Source: Octopus sinensis
Taxonomy: Eukaryota
DNA: 64,000 bases
Assembly (NCBI RefSeq): GCF_006345805.1
Contig: NC_042998.1
Location: 197,966,001 to 198,030,000 of the forward strand
Reading direction: 5' to 3'
The notes under the pieces were generated by a model. That model did no database searches. It had not been told where the DNA came from and was given only the letters and a program-made list of their open reading frames with translations. Each line of letters opens with the position of its first letter. Position 1 is the first letter of the stretch. Both the position numbers and the translations under genes were made by a program. Shown here one piece after another: positions 39,466-52,637 of this stretch.

Positions 39466-40099
39466 AAGATATAAACAAGGGAGATAATGAAAAAGTATCT
39501 ACTTGGCCACTTGATCTGTTAAAGATAGAAACCAAATCCCTCTCCAGTCACATCCAACTGTGATATATTGGGACAAGACAAATCACATTAGATGCGGTAA
39601 ATTTAGATAATCTTCAGAAGACAGTATAGTCATGGCTGGAATACATTTGATCATAATATTAGAAAGATAATGGAAGATCATGTACATGGTCTTTACACCT
39701 GCTAGAAATACCAGCAAAGTTTCCTTTATGTTGCACCCAACAGTCTTTAAAAAAAGGACATTGTATAATGAAGTCCTACATATACATGAAAGACTGGATG
39801 GTCATGGCTGGCACACAATTATCATAGATCTGCTCAATCAGTGCTGACCTAGAATAGGCAACAACAGCTGCAGTGGAAGAGCTTCTATGTTTTTTTTTAA
39901 AGCAAGACACACTATCACTACAAGCAGAACTTCTCAGTAATCACTGAAACCACTCAGAGCTAACTAGCCAGCCAGCCAACCACTACAACCACCACAACCA
40001 CCATCATCATCATCATCATTATCACCCTCTCTCACAAAATCACTATAAGTAGCTTTTACTGTTCCTTCTTTCTCACTATTCAAACAGAATGGGAAACAT

Positions 40100-40700
40100 A
40101 AGTGTATGTGATCTGGAGTCACCTTGGAAACAAGGCTGCCTACTCAACGGCCTCAGATCACTAAAATGTAGATGTTGTGGCTATCAGTGAGACCAGACTT
40201 TCTGATTTACAAAGTTTTAGGCCCATTCTCAGTGGTTCTGAGATTTATTTGTCTCCATGTTAGCTGAGAACAGGGGTAGAACTGCAGTATTCCAGAGTGG
40301 TTTAGATCCCAAAATAAGGGCCATCTTCCTGGACCCAAGTTGGTTGTCCTGGATGTCAGCAGTAGTGACTGGAGTGTTTTCAGACTACTGGCTGTTTATG
40401 CTCCAGCAGGGGCAGGACAGCCAGATTTCTTCAGATGTCTGGACGTTTTCCTGGGAACATCTCAACCTTTAGTGGGTGTCTGGAATATCATCTTGGATGC
40501 ACATTTAGATTATGTGGAGCTAGCCGTTAGAAGAGGAGGGTGCAAAGGCCTCACATACCTGCTCAAACACTTTCAACTGTCTGATAGTTACCGACTGGAT
40601 TTCCTGAATATGTCAATGTGGACATGGACGAATTGCATAGGGTCATCCAGGTCATATCTAGATAGAGTTTTCTGTAGGCCAGTAGATAAGCTGATTTGTC
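40100..40700 (+). mobile_element. L1/Tx1-clade APE endonuclease remnant
   Basis: VDVVAISETRL...FRLLAVYAP...DFF...WNIILD...LSDSYR...WTW...RSYLDRVF across frameshifts. Confidence 0.8.
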
Positions 40701-41249
40701 CATATTGTCATCTTGTCTATGAGAACCAACAGCTTAACATCAGTGTAGAATTGAAATTTCCCCTAATATAACTTTGCACTAACTTTAAGTAAATAGTCCA
40801 CGCATAATATTTCAAGTCTTTAACCATTAAGACAGCAATTTCCTCTGCTATGAGTGTGTCCAAATAATCTATACTCATAAAAAGCTTCCTTAAATTCAAT
40901 TTCCTGTTACATTTTTTTCTGAGAAGAACTGACAACTTTGTCAACATCATCAACAATATAAAGAGACCTAGTATAGAATGGCCTCTGTGTGACAGCTCAG
41001 TCTACAAGAATTAGTAGCCAAATCTCTCTCAAATTACACCTTCCTATCTTAAAAAGGTCACATTACATCATGCATTCTAGGACACATTATATGTGGAAAA
41101 GTAAGATGGCCATGGCAGGAATTCCTTTAATCATAGGATTTTAAATCAACAACCACAACTAATATTTAATCACATATTCAGCATTGCTGGTTATAGTCAC
41201 CATTCTTATATTATATGGAGATGGCATGGGGCTCAAAGGTTATTCTAAA

Positions 41250-41896
41250 CCTTTAGCATTCAGATTATTTTGTCAAATTTAATACTTTTTTGTTTACATT
41301 TTTAAAAACTAATCATGTATTGTGATGTAGCTTTGAGATTTCAAGGACGTGATTGTTTATTTTTAGAATGACATTGCAGAGTAGGTGTGAGAGGCTGGAT
41401 CTGGCCAGTTTGTACATAAAACAAGTAGAAAATTTGGGCTGGATACGGTCTGTTTAAATACCTATTTCTTTACTAGATACAAGGGGCTAAACACAGAGAG
41501 GACAAGCAAGGAGAGACAAACGGATTAAGTCGATTATATCGACCCCAGTACGTAACTGGTACTTATTTAATTGACCCTGAAAGGATGAAAGGCAAAGTTG
41601 ACCTCGGCGGAATTTGAATTCAGAACATAACGGCAGACGAAATACCTACTTCTTTACTACCCACAAGGGGCTAAACACAGAGAAGACAAGCAAGGACAGA
41701 CAAACAGATTAAGTCGATTATATCAGCCCCAGTGCATAACTGGTACTTATTTAATCGACCCCGAAAGGATGAAAGGCAAAGTCGTTGACCTCGGTGGAAT
41801 TTGAACTCAGAACGTAGCGGCAGATGAAATACCACAAAGCATTTCACCCAGCATGCTAACGTTTCTGCCAACTCAGTTTAAATACCACAGGGTTAA
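41250..41896. mobile_element. TTAA-type MITE carrying a SINE C dimer (-, 41463-41875)
   Basis: cctttagcattcagatt...cagggttaa ends; related to 13810-13948. 11-bp TSD gtttaaatacc around the SINE dimer. Confidence 0.7.
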
Positions 41897-42454
41897 GCAC
41901 TAAAGATTTGTTATCTGTTTTGAAGTTGGACATTAGTTGAAGGAGATTTGACTGTTGAGTTGTTGACCTCAAAAGTGATGAGCTTCAGACAAGATGATTT
42001 AGCAGTGGGGATATTGGAATGGCGGTACAGGTACACTACCAATTTTCCAGCACTTTTGGTTCCAGAACTGTACCAAAGTATCCACTTTGTTGGATTAATA
42101 GAAGGCACATAATAATGATTTGTGATAAATTCCAAGAAAACTGATACCACACTATTAATAACATTTTCGCTATTACACCTTCATGACACAACTTTTTTAT
42201 TCATGAGAAACGTGTTACTAGTGTGAAAATATTTCCTGGAAATGGAGATACACAACTAAACATTGGTTTTAAATTTTAGCACAAAGCCAGCAATTTCAGG
42301 GTTGGAGCTAAGTTGATTACACCAATCCCAGTGCTCAACTGGTACTTATTTTATCGGCCCTGGAAGAATGAAAGGCAAAGTCAACCCTGGCAGCATTTGA
42401 AATCAGAACGTCAAGACAGATGAAATGCTACTAAGCATTATACCCTGCATACTC

Positions 42455-42671
42455 TCTCTTTACTCTTTACTCTTTTACATGTTTCAGTCATTTGACTGCG
42501 GCCATGCTGGAGCACCACCTTTAATCGAGCAACTTGGCCCCGGGACTTATTCTTTGTAAGCCCAGTACTTATTCTATCGGCCTCTTTTGCCGAACCGCTA
42601 ATAGACGGGGACATAAACACACCAGCATTGGTTGTCAAGCAATGCTAGGGGGACAAGCAGACACACAAACA

Positions 42672-42709
<38 letters not shown>

Positions 42710-42870
42710 ACGAGCTTCTTTCAGTTTCCGTCCACCAAATCCACTCACAAGGCTTTGGTCGGCCCGAGGTTATAGTAGAAGACACTTGCCCAAGGCGCCA
42801 CGCAGTGGGACTGAACCCGGAACCATGTGGTTGGTAAGCAAGCTACTTACCACACAGCCACTCCAGCACC
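42455..42870 (-). mobile_element. SINE family A
   Basis: Family A similarity. Confidence 0.85.
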
Positions 42871-43359
42871 TATATGCAAACAATTGTGCCAGCTGACCCC
42901 CTCAAAACAGAATTGAATATTAAAAGGTATTCTGTCTAATATTCTACCAATTCTGTCAGAATGATGATTTTTTTTCCTCATAGACACAATGGAGACGACT
43001 GCAGACAATGGAATCCCCCTCAGTATTTTACTGATCCTTATTTCATTAAAGCTGGAGATATGAAAGACAATACCAACACTGACAGGAGTTGGAATCAATC
43101 TTTGATGCTGCACAGGCATGGATACATGGTTAAGAAGCTTGCTTCCTGGCTACATGGTTCTGAGTTCAGTCCCACTGTGGGGAATTTTAAGCAGGTGTCT
43201 TCCATAGTAATCCGAAGTTGACCAAAGCCTTGTGAATGGATTTAGTAGACAGAAACTGAAAGAAGTTTGTCTTATATATACGTGTGTATGTATGTGTGCG
43301 TGTGTATGTGTTGTGTGTGCATGCATGTGTCTGTATATAAGTATTTGTATACATGTCGA

Positions 43360-43780
43360 AGGCAGCGAGCTAGCAGAAACGTTAGTGTGCCGGGCGAAAT
43401 GCGTAGCCGTATTTCGTCTGTCGTTACGTTCTGAGTTCAAATTCCGCCAAGGTCGACTTTGCCTTTCATCCTTTCGGGGACGATAAATTAAGTACCAGTT
43501 ACGCACTGGGGTCGATGTAATCAACTTAATACCTTTGTCTTTCCTTGTTTGTCCTCTCTGTGTTTAGCCCCTTGTGGGTAGTAAAGAAATAGGTATTTCG
43601 TCTGTAATTACGTTCTGAGTTCAAATTCTGCCGAGGTCGACTTTGCCTTTCACCCTTTCGGGGTTGATAAATAAAGTACCAGTTTCACACTGGGATCAGT
43701 CGATGTAATTGACTTAATCCCTTTGTCTGTCCTTGTTTGTCCCCTCTGTGTTTAGCCCCTTGTGAGCAGTAAAGAAATAT
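43360..43780 (+). mobile_element. SINE C head-to-tail dimer
   Basis: Junction aaagaaata|ggtatttcgtctg at 43591/43592. Confidence 0.85.
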
Positions 43781-43837
43781 GTGAGTATTTGTATATATGT
43801 GTGTGTGTATATGCTTATATATATAAATGTATATATA

Positions 43838-44722
43838 TGAGGTCTGATCAGTAAGTATCCAGACTGTTGCAATAGTAACAAAGCACGAAGAGTGAAGCCA
43901 CTTGTCAAAGATTGACCCTGAACTCTGCTGTGCATACACACTAAGTTTTAACGTTCTAGATCACTTCTGCTGTTTACAGCAGTGCTTGGAAGGAAGGTGT
44001 GTAGTGTGTGATCTTTGCATTGACCATAACAGAGAAAGTTGTCATGGTGATACTTGCTCAGAGACCTACACAAAGTTACAGAAAGTGTATGGAGAGGAGT
44101 GTATGAGCCGCACACAGGTGTACGAGTGGTTCAGACATTTCCAAGATGGCCAAACAAATGTCAATATTGATGAATGCTCTGGGAGACCTGCAACCAGCAG
44201 AGCTGAAGAAAACATTGCAGATGTGCATGCAGCTGTGAGGAGAAATTGTTGAATCAGCATCTGCGAGTTATCAGAAAATGTGCAGATTAATTATGGTCCA
44301 GTTCAGTTCATTATCACAGAAGATTTGGGTATGAGATGCATGTCTACCAATTTTGTGCTAAAAGTACTTTCAGCTGACCAAAAAGACACTTGGGTTCCAG
44401 TTGCACAAAATCTTTATTATGTTGAGAACAATGAAAACTTTTTGAAAGCTTTGTGTAGGCCTCTGAGCAGGTATCACCCAGCTTTTGGCAAAATTTGATG
44501 CAGATTCTCTGCCCAACTTTCTATGTCATGGTCAATGCGATGATCACATGCCACACACCTTCCTTCCAAGCACTGCTGTAAAGGCAGAAGTGAGCTAGAA
44601 TGTTAAAACTTAGTGTGCATGCACAACAGAGTTCAAGGTCAATCTGTACCAAGCAGCTTTACATTGTGTGCTTTAGCTTCGTTACTATGGCAACAGTCCG
44701 AATACTTATTGATCAGACCATG
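43838..44722 (+). mobile_element. Internally deleted mariner transposon
   Basis: About 45-bp TIRs (tgaggtctgatcagtaagtatcc... and ...cgaatacttattgatcagaccatg) with TA flanks. HTH region ETYTKLQKVYGEECMSRTQVYEWFRHF...SGRP. Confidence 0.9.
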
Positions 44723-45545
44723 TATATGTATATCATCATCATCATCATCATCATTATCATCATTTAAACCTCCATTTTCTGTGTTGAATGGTTTGACAGG
44801 AGCTGGCAACCTGGAGACTTGCAGCAACTCCAACTGTTTGTTTTGTCATAGTTTCTATGGCTGGATGCCCTTCCTAATGCCAACCACTTTACAGAGCGTA
44901 CTGGACACATCAGCTGAGGTACTTTTTACATGGCACCAGCACAAAGGATTTCTATGTGGCACCAGCACAAGTGCTTTTATATAGCTTCATGTATGTGTGT
45001 GTGTATGTGTGAGTGTGTGTGTGTATGTATTTATACTGTATTTTATATACTGTATTTTAACTTACTCTCTTTAATGTGTCTGTCTGAGCTTTGTTTTTCT
45101 CATTCTCTCTAATTTCAGTGTTCCTTATAGTCTTTCTTTCTTGCCTTTGGTATATTTCCATATTATTTCTTTTATCACCACACTATCAACTCTTAACCTC
45201 CCCTATCATTTCACTGCTTTCAATACATCATATGTCATCTCTTTATCTCACTTCCCTTTATAGTAAATTATCCATTTTCATTTTCCCTCTCTTCTTTCTT
45301 ACTCCTTCTTTCACAGTGACTTTGTTTCTCTACTTCCTTTTCCTTTTAATATTAGAATGTCTTTGTTTATTTGCATGCTTTAATCCCAACTATAATTTTT
45401 AATCTTTAATGTTTATTTTAAGCTTAGATCTATATTTTATATCCTATTTTAATTTCCTATTCGTGACATAGTCAATCTTATTCTGTTAATTTTTCACTCA
45501 TATCTACAGCATATCTTTGACATATTGTTTTTCAATTCAAACTTT

Positions 45546-46470
45546 ATATATATATAAAATATGAATTAGAGATAAAACCATTATTTTGCAACTCAAACAG
45601 TGATAGACATAAACCAATACATAAATGACAAATAATATATATTTTTATAAAACATATAACTAGATCACAAAAAGTTTAAAAATGAATAATCAATATATAA
45701 TAAGTAAAAAAACTACGTACGTTTCATGGCTACAATTAAATTCGAATTACAATTAAGTTTAAATTCAATTTAAAATTATAGTCAATCTTCAGGTTAAGGA
45801 TAATAGTTAAATAAATAAGCAAATAGAATTAAACAATATTTATTTTAAAAATAAATAAAATAATAATTTTTCTTATAGAAAAAAACTCCATTAACTAAAT
45901 TTGAAACTTAAAACATTAGAATTATTTCCTACAACACATTTATTATGTTAAATATTTAATTTTTAAGGTAAAACAAATAGATAGAAATATGTATTTATCT
46001 TTGGCTTAAAAAAACATAATAAACTATCAAATATCTTTAACTCAGTTACACTCCAATATTTAATTACCAAATTATTGAACAAAATAATCACTATTAATAT
46101 TTTTAGATTTAAGTTCACATCTAATAATTATAAAATAATAAATACATAAAAATAAGTATCTAAATTATAATCAACAAATATAGTAATTAAAAATCTAAAA
46201 TTTTCTCTATCAATAAACATATAACCAAATATAAATTATATTATAAATATTAATAAGTAAACATAATTGTAATTCAAATTTAATTGTAGCCATGAAACGT
46301 ACGTAGCTTTTTTTACTTATTATATATTGATCATTCATTTTTATACTTTTTGAGATCTATTTATATGTTTTATAAAAGTATATTTTATTTGTTTTTTATG
46401 TATTGGTTTATGTCTATCACTGAGTTGCATAATAGTGGTTTTATCTCTTAATTTATATTTTATATATTTA
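45546..46470 (-). mobile_element. Penelope-like element remnant with inverted terminal repeats
   Basis: About 215-bp inverted arms (45546-45761 and 46258-46470). The minus spacer encodes ...ELKIFDSLLCFFKPKINTY...stop (GIY-YIG C-terminus-like), followed by a hammerhead-like motif. Confidence 0.6.
45711..45795 (-). ncRNA. Type I hammerhead candidate
   Basis: Reverse complement: aac-CTGAAGA-t-TGACTATAATT...AATTGTAGCCA-t-GAAA-CGTACGT-A-gtt; palindromic stem III. Confidence 0.6.
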
Positions 46471-46536
46471 TATTGTGAAATTTCATTTAATACTAAATTG
46501 AATTTTTCCCTGTAAGTTTGGATTTATACTCCCTAA

Positions 46537-46575
<39 letters not shown>

Positions 46576-47102
46576 TATTTCCATTATAGTTTCAATCTTC
46601 ACTTACATTCCACTGAATACTGCTATTTTAAAAATTGCCCAATTAGCTTTAAATGCCTATTTGTTGAACTGGTAATCATGGTAACCATATACACTCACAA
46701 CTTACTAAAATATTTCTTTACTAGTCTGTATTATCACAACTGTTACACGAAATGCGGAGTAACACTTTGTGAAATCTTTTTTGGTTTCAATAAAATGAAA
46801 TCTATATCATCATCATTGTCATCATTTAATATCTGTTTTCATGCTGGCCTTGGGTTTGATAGTTTGACCGGAGCTGGCCATCCAGAGAGCTGTCCTGGCA
46901 CCAATTGCCTGTTTTGGCATGGTTTCTATGGATCGATGCCCTTCATAACACCAACCACTTTACAGAGTGCTGGGTGCTTTTAATGTGCTACCATTTTAAT
47001 GTGGCACTGGAAGGAGTGTAGTTTTAGGAACCATGCCAAAACAGACAACTGGAGCCTGGTGTAGGTCTCTGACTTGCCAGTTCCTGTCAAACCATCATTG
47101 AA

Positions 47103-47262
47103 AATAAACATTAAATGATGAGGATGTAAACATTAAATGATGATGATATAAACATTAAATAATGACGATGTAAACATTAAATGATGATGATGTAAACATT
47201 AAATGATGATGTAAACATTAAATGATGATGATGTAAACATTATATGATAGTGATGTAAACGC
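47103..47262 (+). repeat. Minisatellite of about 22-bp units (taaacattaaatgatgatgatg) derived from the RTE terminus
   Basis: About seven units, directly after a family B copy. Confidence 0.85.
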
Positions 47263-47634
47263 ACGCACACACATATATACATGTGTGTGTGTGTGTGTTA
47301 CTGTCTCCTTGCCTTGACATGATAGTTGTGAAAAAAATGTTACCTTCATACAAGAATGGTCCTTCATCTCCAATCTTTGATGAGAACATGTTTAGCCAAG
47401 GGGAAATATTACCTTACATAGAAGCAGGTCAGGGCTGCTTCAACAAGTTCTGTCCAACTTATGCATACAAGGAAGAAAGTGATGAAGAGGACATTAAAAT
47501 GATGATGATGATGATGTACAATATCAGACATAGTTTGACTGGTACTTGTTATATCAAGCCTTGAAGGATGACAGGGTAAACTTGGATAGGGAGAGGAAAC
47601 AGCATATAAAGGAGCACAAAGTTCAGAATAACCT

Positions 47635-48047
47635 ATTTCTTTATTACCCACAAGGGGCTAAACACAGAGAGGACAAACAAGGACAGGCAGATGGATTAAG
47701 TCAATTATATCGACCCCAGTGCGTAACTGGTGGTTGATAAATTCATTGACCCCAAAAGGATGAAAGGCAAAGTCGACCTTGGCGGAATTTGAACTCAGAA
47801 CGTAACGGCAGACGAAATACCTATTTCTTTATTACCCACAAGGGGCTAAACACAGAGGGGACAAACAAGGACAGACAAATGGATTAAGTCGATTACATCA
47901 ACCTCAGTGTGTAACTGGTACTTTATTTATTGACCCCGAAAGGATGAAAGGCAAAGTCGACCTCGGCGGAATTTGAACACAGAACGTAACAGTAGATGAA
48001 ATACGGCTAAGCATTTCACCCGGTGTGCTAACGATTCTGCCAGCTCA
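47635..48047 (-). mobile_element. SINE C dimer
   Basis: Junction gacgaaatacc|tatttc at 47821. Confidence 0.85.
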
Positions 48048-48597
48048 AACCATGTGGTTTCTTGATGTTTATTTATGGCTGAGAAGAGGCAGTAGACATA
48101 AGCCGTTTTCGGGGACATTCAAAACTTGTAGGAGAAAATAAGGAAGTGGTCCTCAGACAGGAAGCCTTGCGTGAATGCTGTAAACAAAGTGAACTCTTTT
48201 AAAGGCATCCAAGGATCTGGTCGGTGGTAGTGCTGAAGCAGGGAGCGAAATAAGAAACACCAAACTCAGGGGTTATCAGGTATCTTTGTGATTTATTGGC
48301 ACGGTAACACAGTAATAAGAACAAGGAAAACAAAAACAAGTCTACATCATAAGTGAAAACAAGGCTGTGGGGGGTGGGGAACACATGTTGGGGCAGTGCT
48401 TGGCACTTTGATCTTTTGATGGGTAAATCAATAAGAGTGGGGTGGGGTGGGGGTGGGAGAGGGGGGTAAATATCACAATGATTTTCAACATCTAGAAGAA
48501 CAACATCGCATCGGCAACTGTAGTTCATTAGTTGCTTGATGTGTTGCATTGGAATAATAAACACAACTGCAGAATAAATGATTATACTGCATATGTA

Positions 48598-48629
<32 letters not shown>

Positions 48630-48943
48630 AACTGTGTATAGTGCACACATATGTTTGTAAGCATGTGCAACCATGTGTGGTGTATAATATAATATATATG
48701 CATGTGTATGTGCAATACATATATATACTAATACATTTATTGAAATACTAATGGATTTACATATGTGTATATGTGTGTGTGTATGTAAATATATATATAT
48801 GTGTGTATATAATATATATATATGTGTATATATACTTCTACTTGTTTCAGCCTAATGGCTATGGTGCACATATTTACACGCACAAACACACACACAATTT
48901 CACAGAGATCTCCATATATATATACATACATACATATATATAT

Positions 48944-48983
<40 letters not shown>

Positions 48984-49928
48984 ATATATATTTACTTGCA
49001 TTCACCCATTTAACACATACACACACACATGTGTGTGCGTATATGTATATATGTAGACATATACACATACATGCATACATGCTCATATACACAAAGAATA
49101 ATTAAATGCGTTTATGAAACATTCACCAGTTCTAAATAGGTTCTCAACCCAAACTAGAAAGCATGTCTGAAGAGGAGTAGTCAAAAACCAAAAAATATTC
49201 AAAATAAGAATGGCTTACCAAATCTTCTCTAAGTATACTTGAAGCAGTTTATTATTATTATTGTTACTACTATTATAATTATTATTGTTATTATTTTTAT
49301 TATTATTATTATTAATGATTTGATAACATGAATAAAACAAAAAAACATTGTTAGCAAAAATATATTGTAGGTGGAGGAATAAAAACGAAAGGTCGGGGTG
49401 GAAAGGTCAACATCAATATGGTAGGAGAGAAAAGCAAAAATTAATTAGTTATAGGAACAAAAAATTTTGGAGAATAAGGAGAAAGATAAGGAAAGCAAAA
49501 TGTTATTTAATAATCTTTAAAAAAAATCCCAAATATCTTAAATTTGGTCCCAATAAAACAATTTTTAATTCTGAGTTTCATTTCACAACCCTTTTAAATA
49601 ACAAGAAGCCAGAGCTCTTTGAAAATAGTTAGAATAATAGAGAGAAAAAAAAGAGGAATAAAAAGAATAAAAACATATATATATTAAAAAGCAAAAGGAA
49701 AATACAAACAAATTGTGATGTTTGAGAAAGGTAAGAACCACTTTGTAGAAAGTGCCAGTGAGTTCTAGCAATGACCACTGAAGAATAGAAATGAATATGT
49801 GTATGTAGATACATACATACATACACACATATAGATATATATATATATATATACATACCGGAGTAAGCACATAAATGTGAAACAAGGTGGAAAAAAGAGT
49901 ACTCAAATACCAGAGGTAGAGTAATATG

Positions 49929-50094
49929 CTTTATTAAAACCAGCAGGAATATAACAAAAGCAGTTACTCAGAGTTTCACGTTCCCGTTCATTGGACAGTT
50001 TTGTTAAACTGTTTTTAAGAAAACTGTCCGACGAACGGGAACGTGAAACTCTGAGTAACAGCTTTTGTTATATTCCTGCTGGTTTTAAATAAAG
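49929..50094. repeat. Long fold-back inverted repeat (~80-bp arms, ~8-nt loop) containing hammerhead-like motifs
   Basis: ctttattaaaaccagcagg...ggacagttttgttaa and ttaagaaaactgtcc...cctgctggttttaaataaag. Confidence 0.9.
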
Positions 50095-50839
50095 TATCGT
50101 TTCATTATGTATATATGTATATATGTATATATAAATATATAATACAAACTTACGCTCACACATTTGCGTATGCCTGTACGTGTATAAAGTGTGTGTATAT
50201 ATCTGTGAGTATACACATAAGTACATGCATAAAAAAAACCAAAATATGTGAAATATTCTCAATTTCAACATTTGGAATTCGAAAAAGGCAGAAAAAAAAA
50301 AGGAGATTCCATTTTGTAGTTAGAATTTTACTTGAGTTTCCTTTCTCTTTGTAAGCTTTTCCAATAAATATGTTTCTGTGTATGCTTGTATACCCATGCA
50401 TGTAAATGTATGCATATGTGTATATATGGGAGAGAGATGTGACGTCTGTGTATGTATGCGCGTGTGTGTGTGTACGTGTATTTATGTACGTGTTTTATAT
50501 ATATATTTGTACATATATATATATACATATGCACACATACACATATATATGTATATATATATATATTATATATACAGAAAGAGGTGTGGGGAAGGAATAT
50601 TCCGATCCATATACACATTAGTACACGAATAAGGGACAAAACCAATGCTGAACATAGAGTATAGTACAAATGCGTTTATTGATATTCTTACAACAGTTCC
50701 ACAGTTGTGTCAGTAAACCAAGCAATCACCGGGCATAATCAGAGAAGAATATATTTCTTTGATGATACTTAATGAATATTCTCATTGCTGAAATAACCCA
50801 CGCCCATGTTGTATGAAAATGAATAAATCACACATACGT

Positions 50840-50853
50840 ATATATATATATAC

Positions 50854-50900
<47 letters not shown>

Positions 50901-50918
50901 TACATTTATATATATAGG

Positions 50919-50989
<71 letters not shown>

Positions 50990-51067
50990 CACACATATAT
51001 ACATTTATATAATATATATAATATATATATATATAATATATATATATATACACACATATATAACATT

Positions 51068-51107
<40 letters not shown>

Positions 51108-51251
51108 TTATATATATATATATATATATATATACATTATATATATATATTATATATATATATATATTATACATTTATATATATATATATATATATATAT
51201 ACATTTATATATATATATGTATATATATATATACACTTATACAAATGTATG

Positions 51252-51290
<39 letters not shown>

Positions 51291-51321
51291 CATTTATACA
51301 TTTATATATATATATACATAC

Positions 51322-51357
<36 letters not shown>

Positions 51358-51494
51358 GTATGTTTATAGATATATATATATATATATATATATATCTATA
51401 TATAACATTATACATATATATACATTTATATATATATATATATACATACATTTATATATATACATACATTTATATATATATATATATATATACA

Positions 51495-51540
<46 letters not shown>

Positions 51541-51700
51541 ATATATACACATATATATATAACATGTTATACATACATATATATATATATACACATATAC
51601 ATACACATATATATGCACACAGATATTATATATATTATAGATATTATATATATATTATAATTATATATTATATATATTATAGATATTATATATATATATA
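50840..51700. repeat. (TA)n-rich degenerate microsatellite
   Basis: Directly visible; similar tracts at 25600-25760 and 52380-52640. Confidence 0.98.
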
Positions 51701-51961
51701 ATTTTTTTGAAAATTAGTGAAGGATGTCTCTAAAGGAAGATACTTAACAGCTAAGAGAAAGTAAGACACATTATTATTATTTATTTCTTGTTATTGTTTT
51801 TGTTTGTTTGTTTTTTAATAGCAAGTTCTTTAAATGTCTACAGAAATCTAAGCTGAATCTATGCAAAAGAAGCATCACTCGATCTAAATATATTACAGTG
51901 GGAAATGAAAGATATATATATACATATGTATATAAATATATATATATAGAGAGAGAGAAAG

Positions 51962-52011
<50 letters not shown>

Positions 52012-52264
52012 ACAATGTTTAAAACAGAAAAATATTATTATACATAGGTTTATTCAAACTTGTGTCCTTGTCTTAGATGTTTAATGCTTGCAGTCATATA
52101 GCCTGTAGACTTCTTCAGGTGCCTGGCTGAACATTACTGAACACAACACCAGCACAAAGAAGGCCAGATAGTAAAACAATATAAATGCTGTGACTATAAG
52201 AACCAAGGTGAGAACACTAGCTCAAAAAAAATATATATAATATATATTAGTCTCATACATACAT

Positions 52265-52323
<59 letters not shown>

Positions 52324-52539
52324 TATCTTCATCATCATCATCGTAGAACGGACGTTAAATGATGATGATGATGATGATATATATATATGTATGTATATAT
52401 AATATATGTATATATATATATATATGTATATATATATACATTTATATATACATATTATATATATACATTTATTATATATATATATATATATGTCTATATA
52501 TATATAGGTATTATATATATAGATATATATAAATACATG

Positions 52540-52574
<35 letters not shown>

Positions 52575-52586
52575 GTATATATATTG

Positions 52587-52637
<51 letters not shown>

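Noticed and set aside
45762-46257. AT-rich spacer as a mitochondrial insertion (NUMT)
   Set aside because: No identifiable mitochondrial rRNA, tRNA or gene motif; the PLE interpretation explains the arms and hammerhead. Not formally excluded.
48365-48468. G-tracts able to form a G-quadruplex on the + strand
   Set aside because: Common low-complexity feature and on the strand opposite the putative transcript.
49155-49220. CTGAAGA-GGAGTA...TATTC-AAAA-TAAG..CTTA hammerhead-like trace
   Set aside because: G12 is lost, stem I is absent and the U16.1 pair is missing; too degenerate to call.
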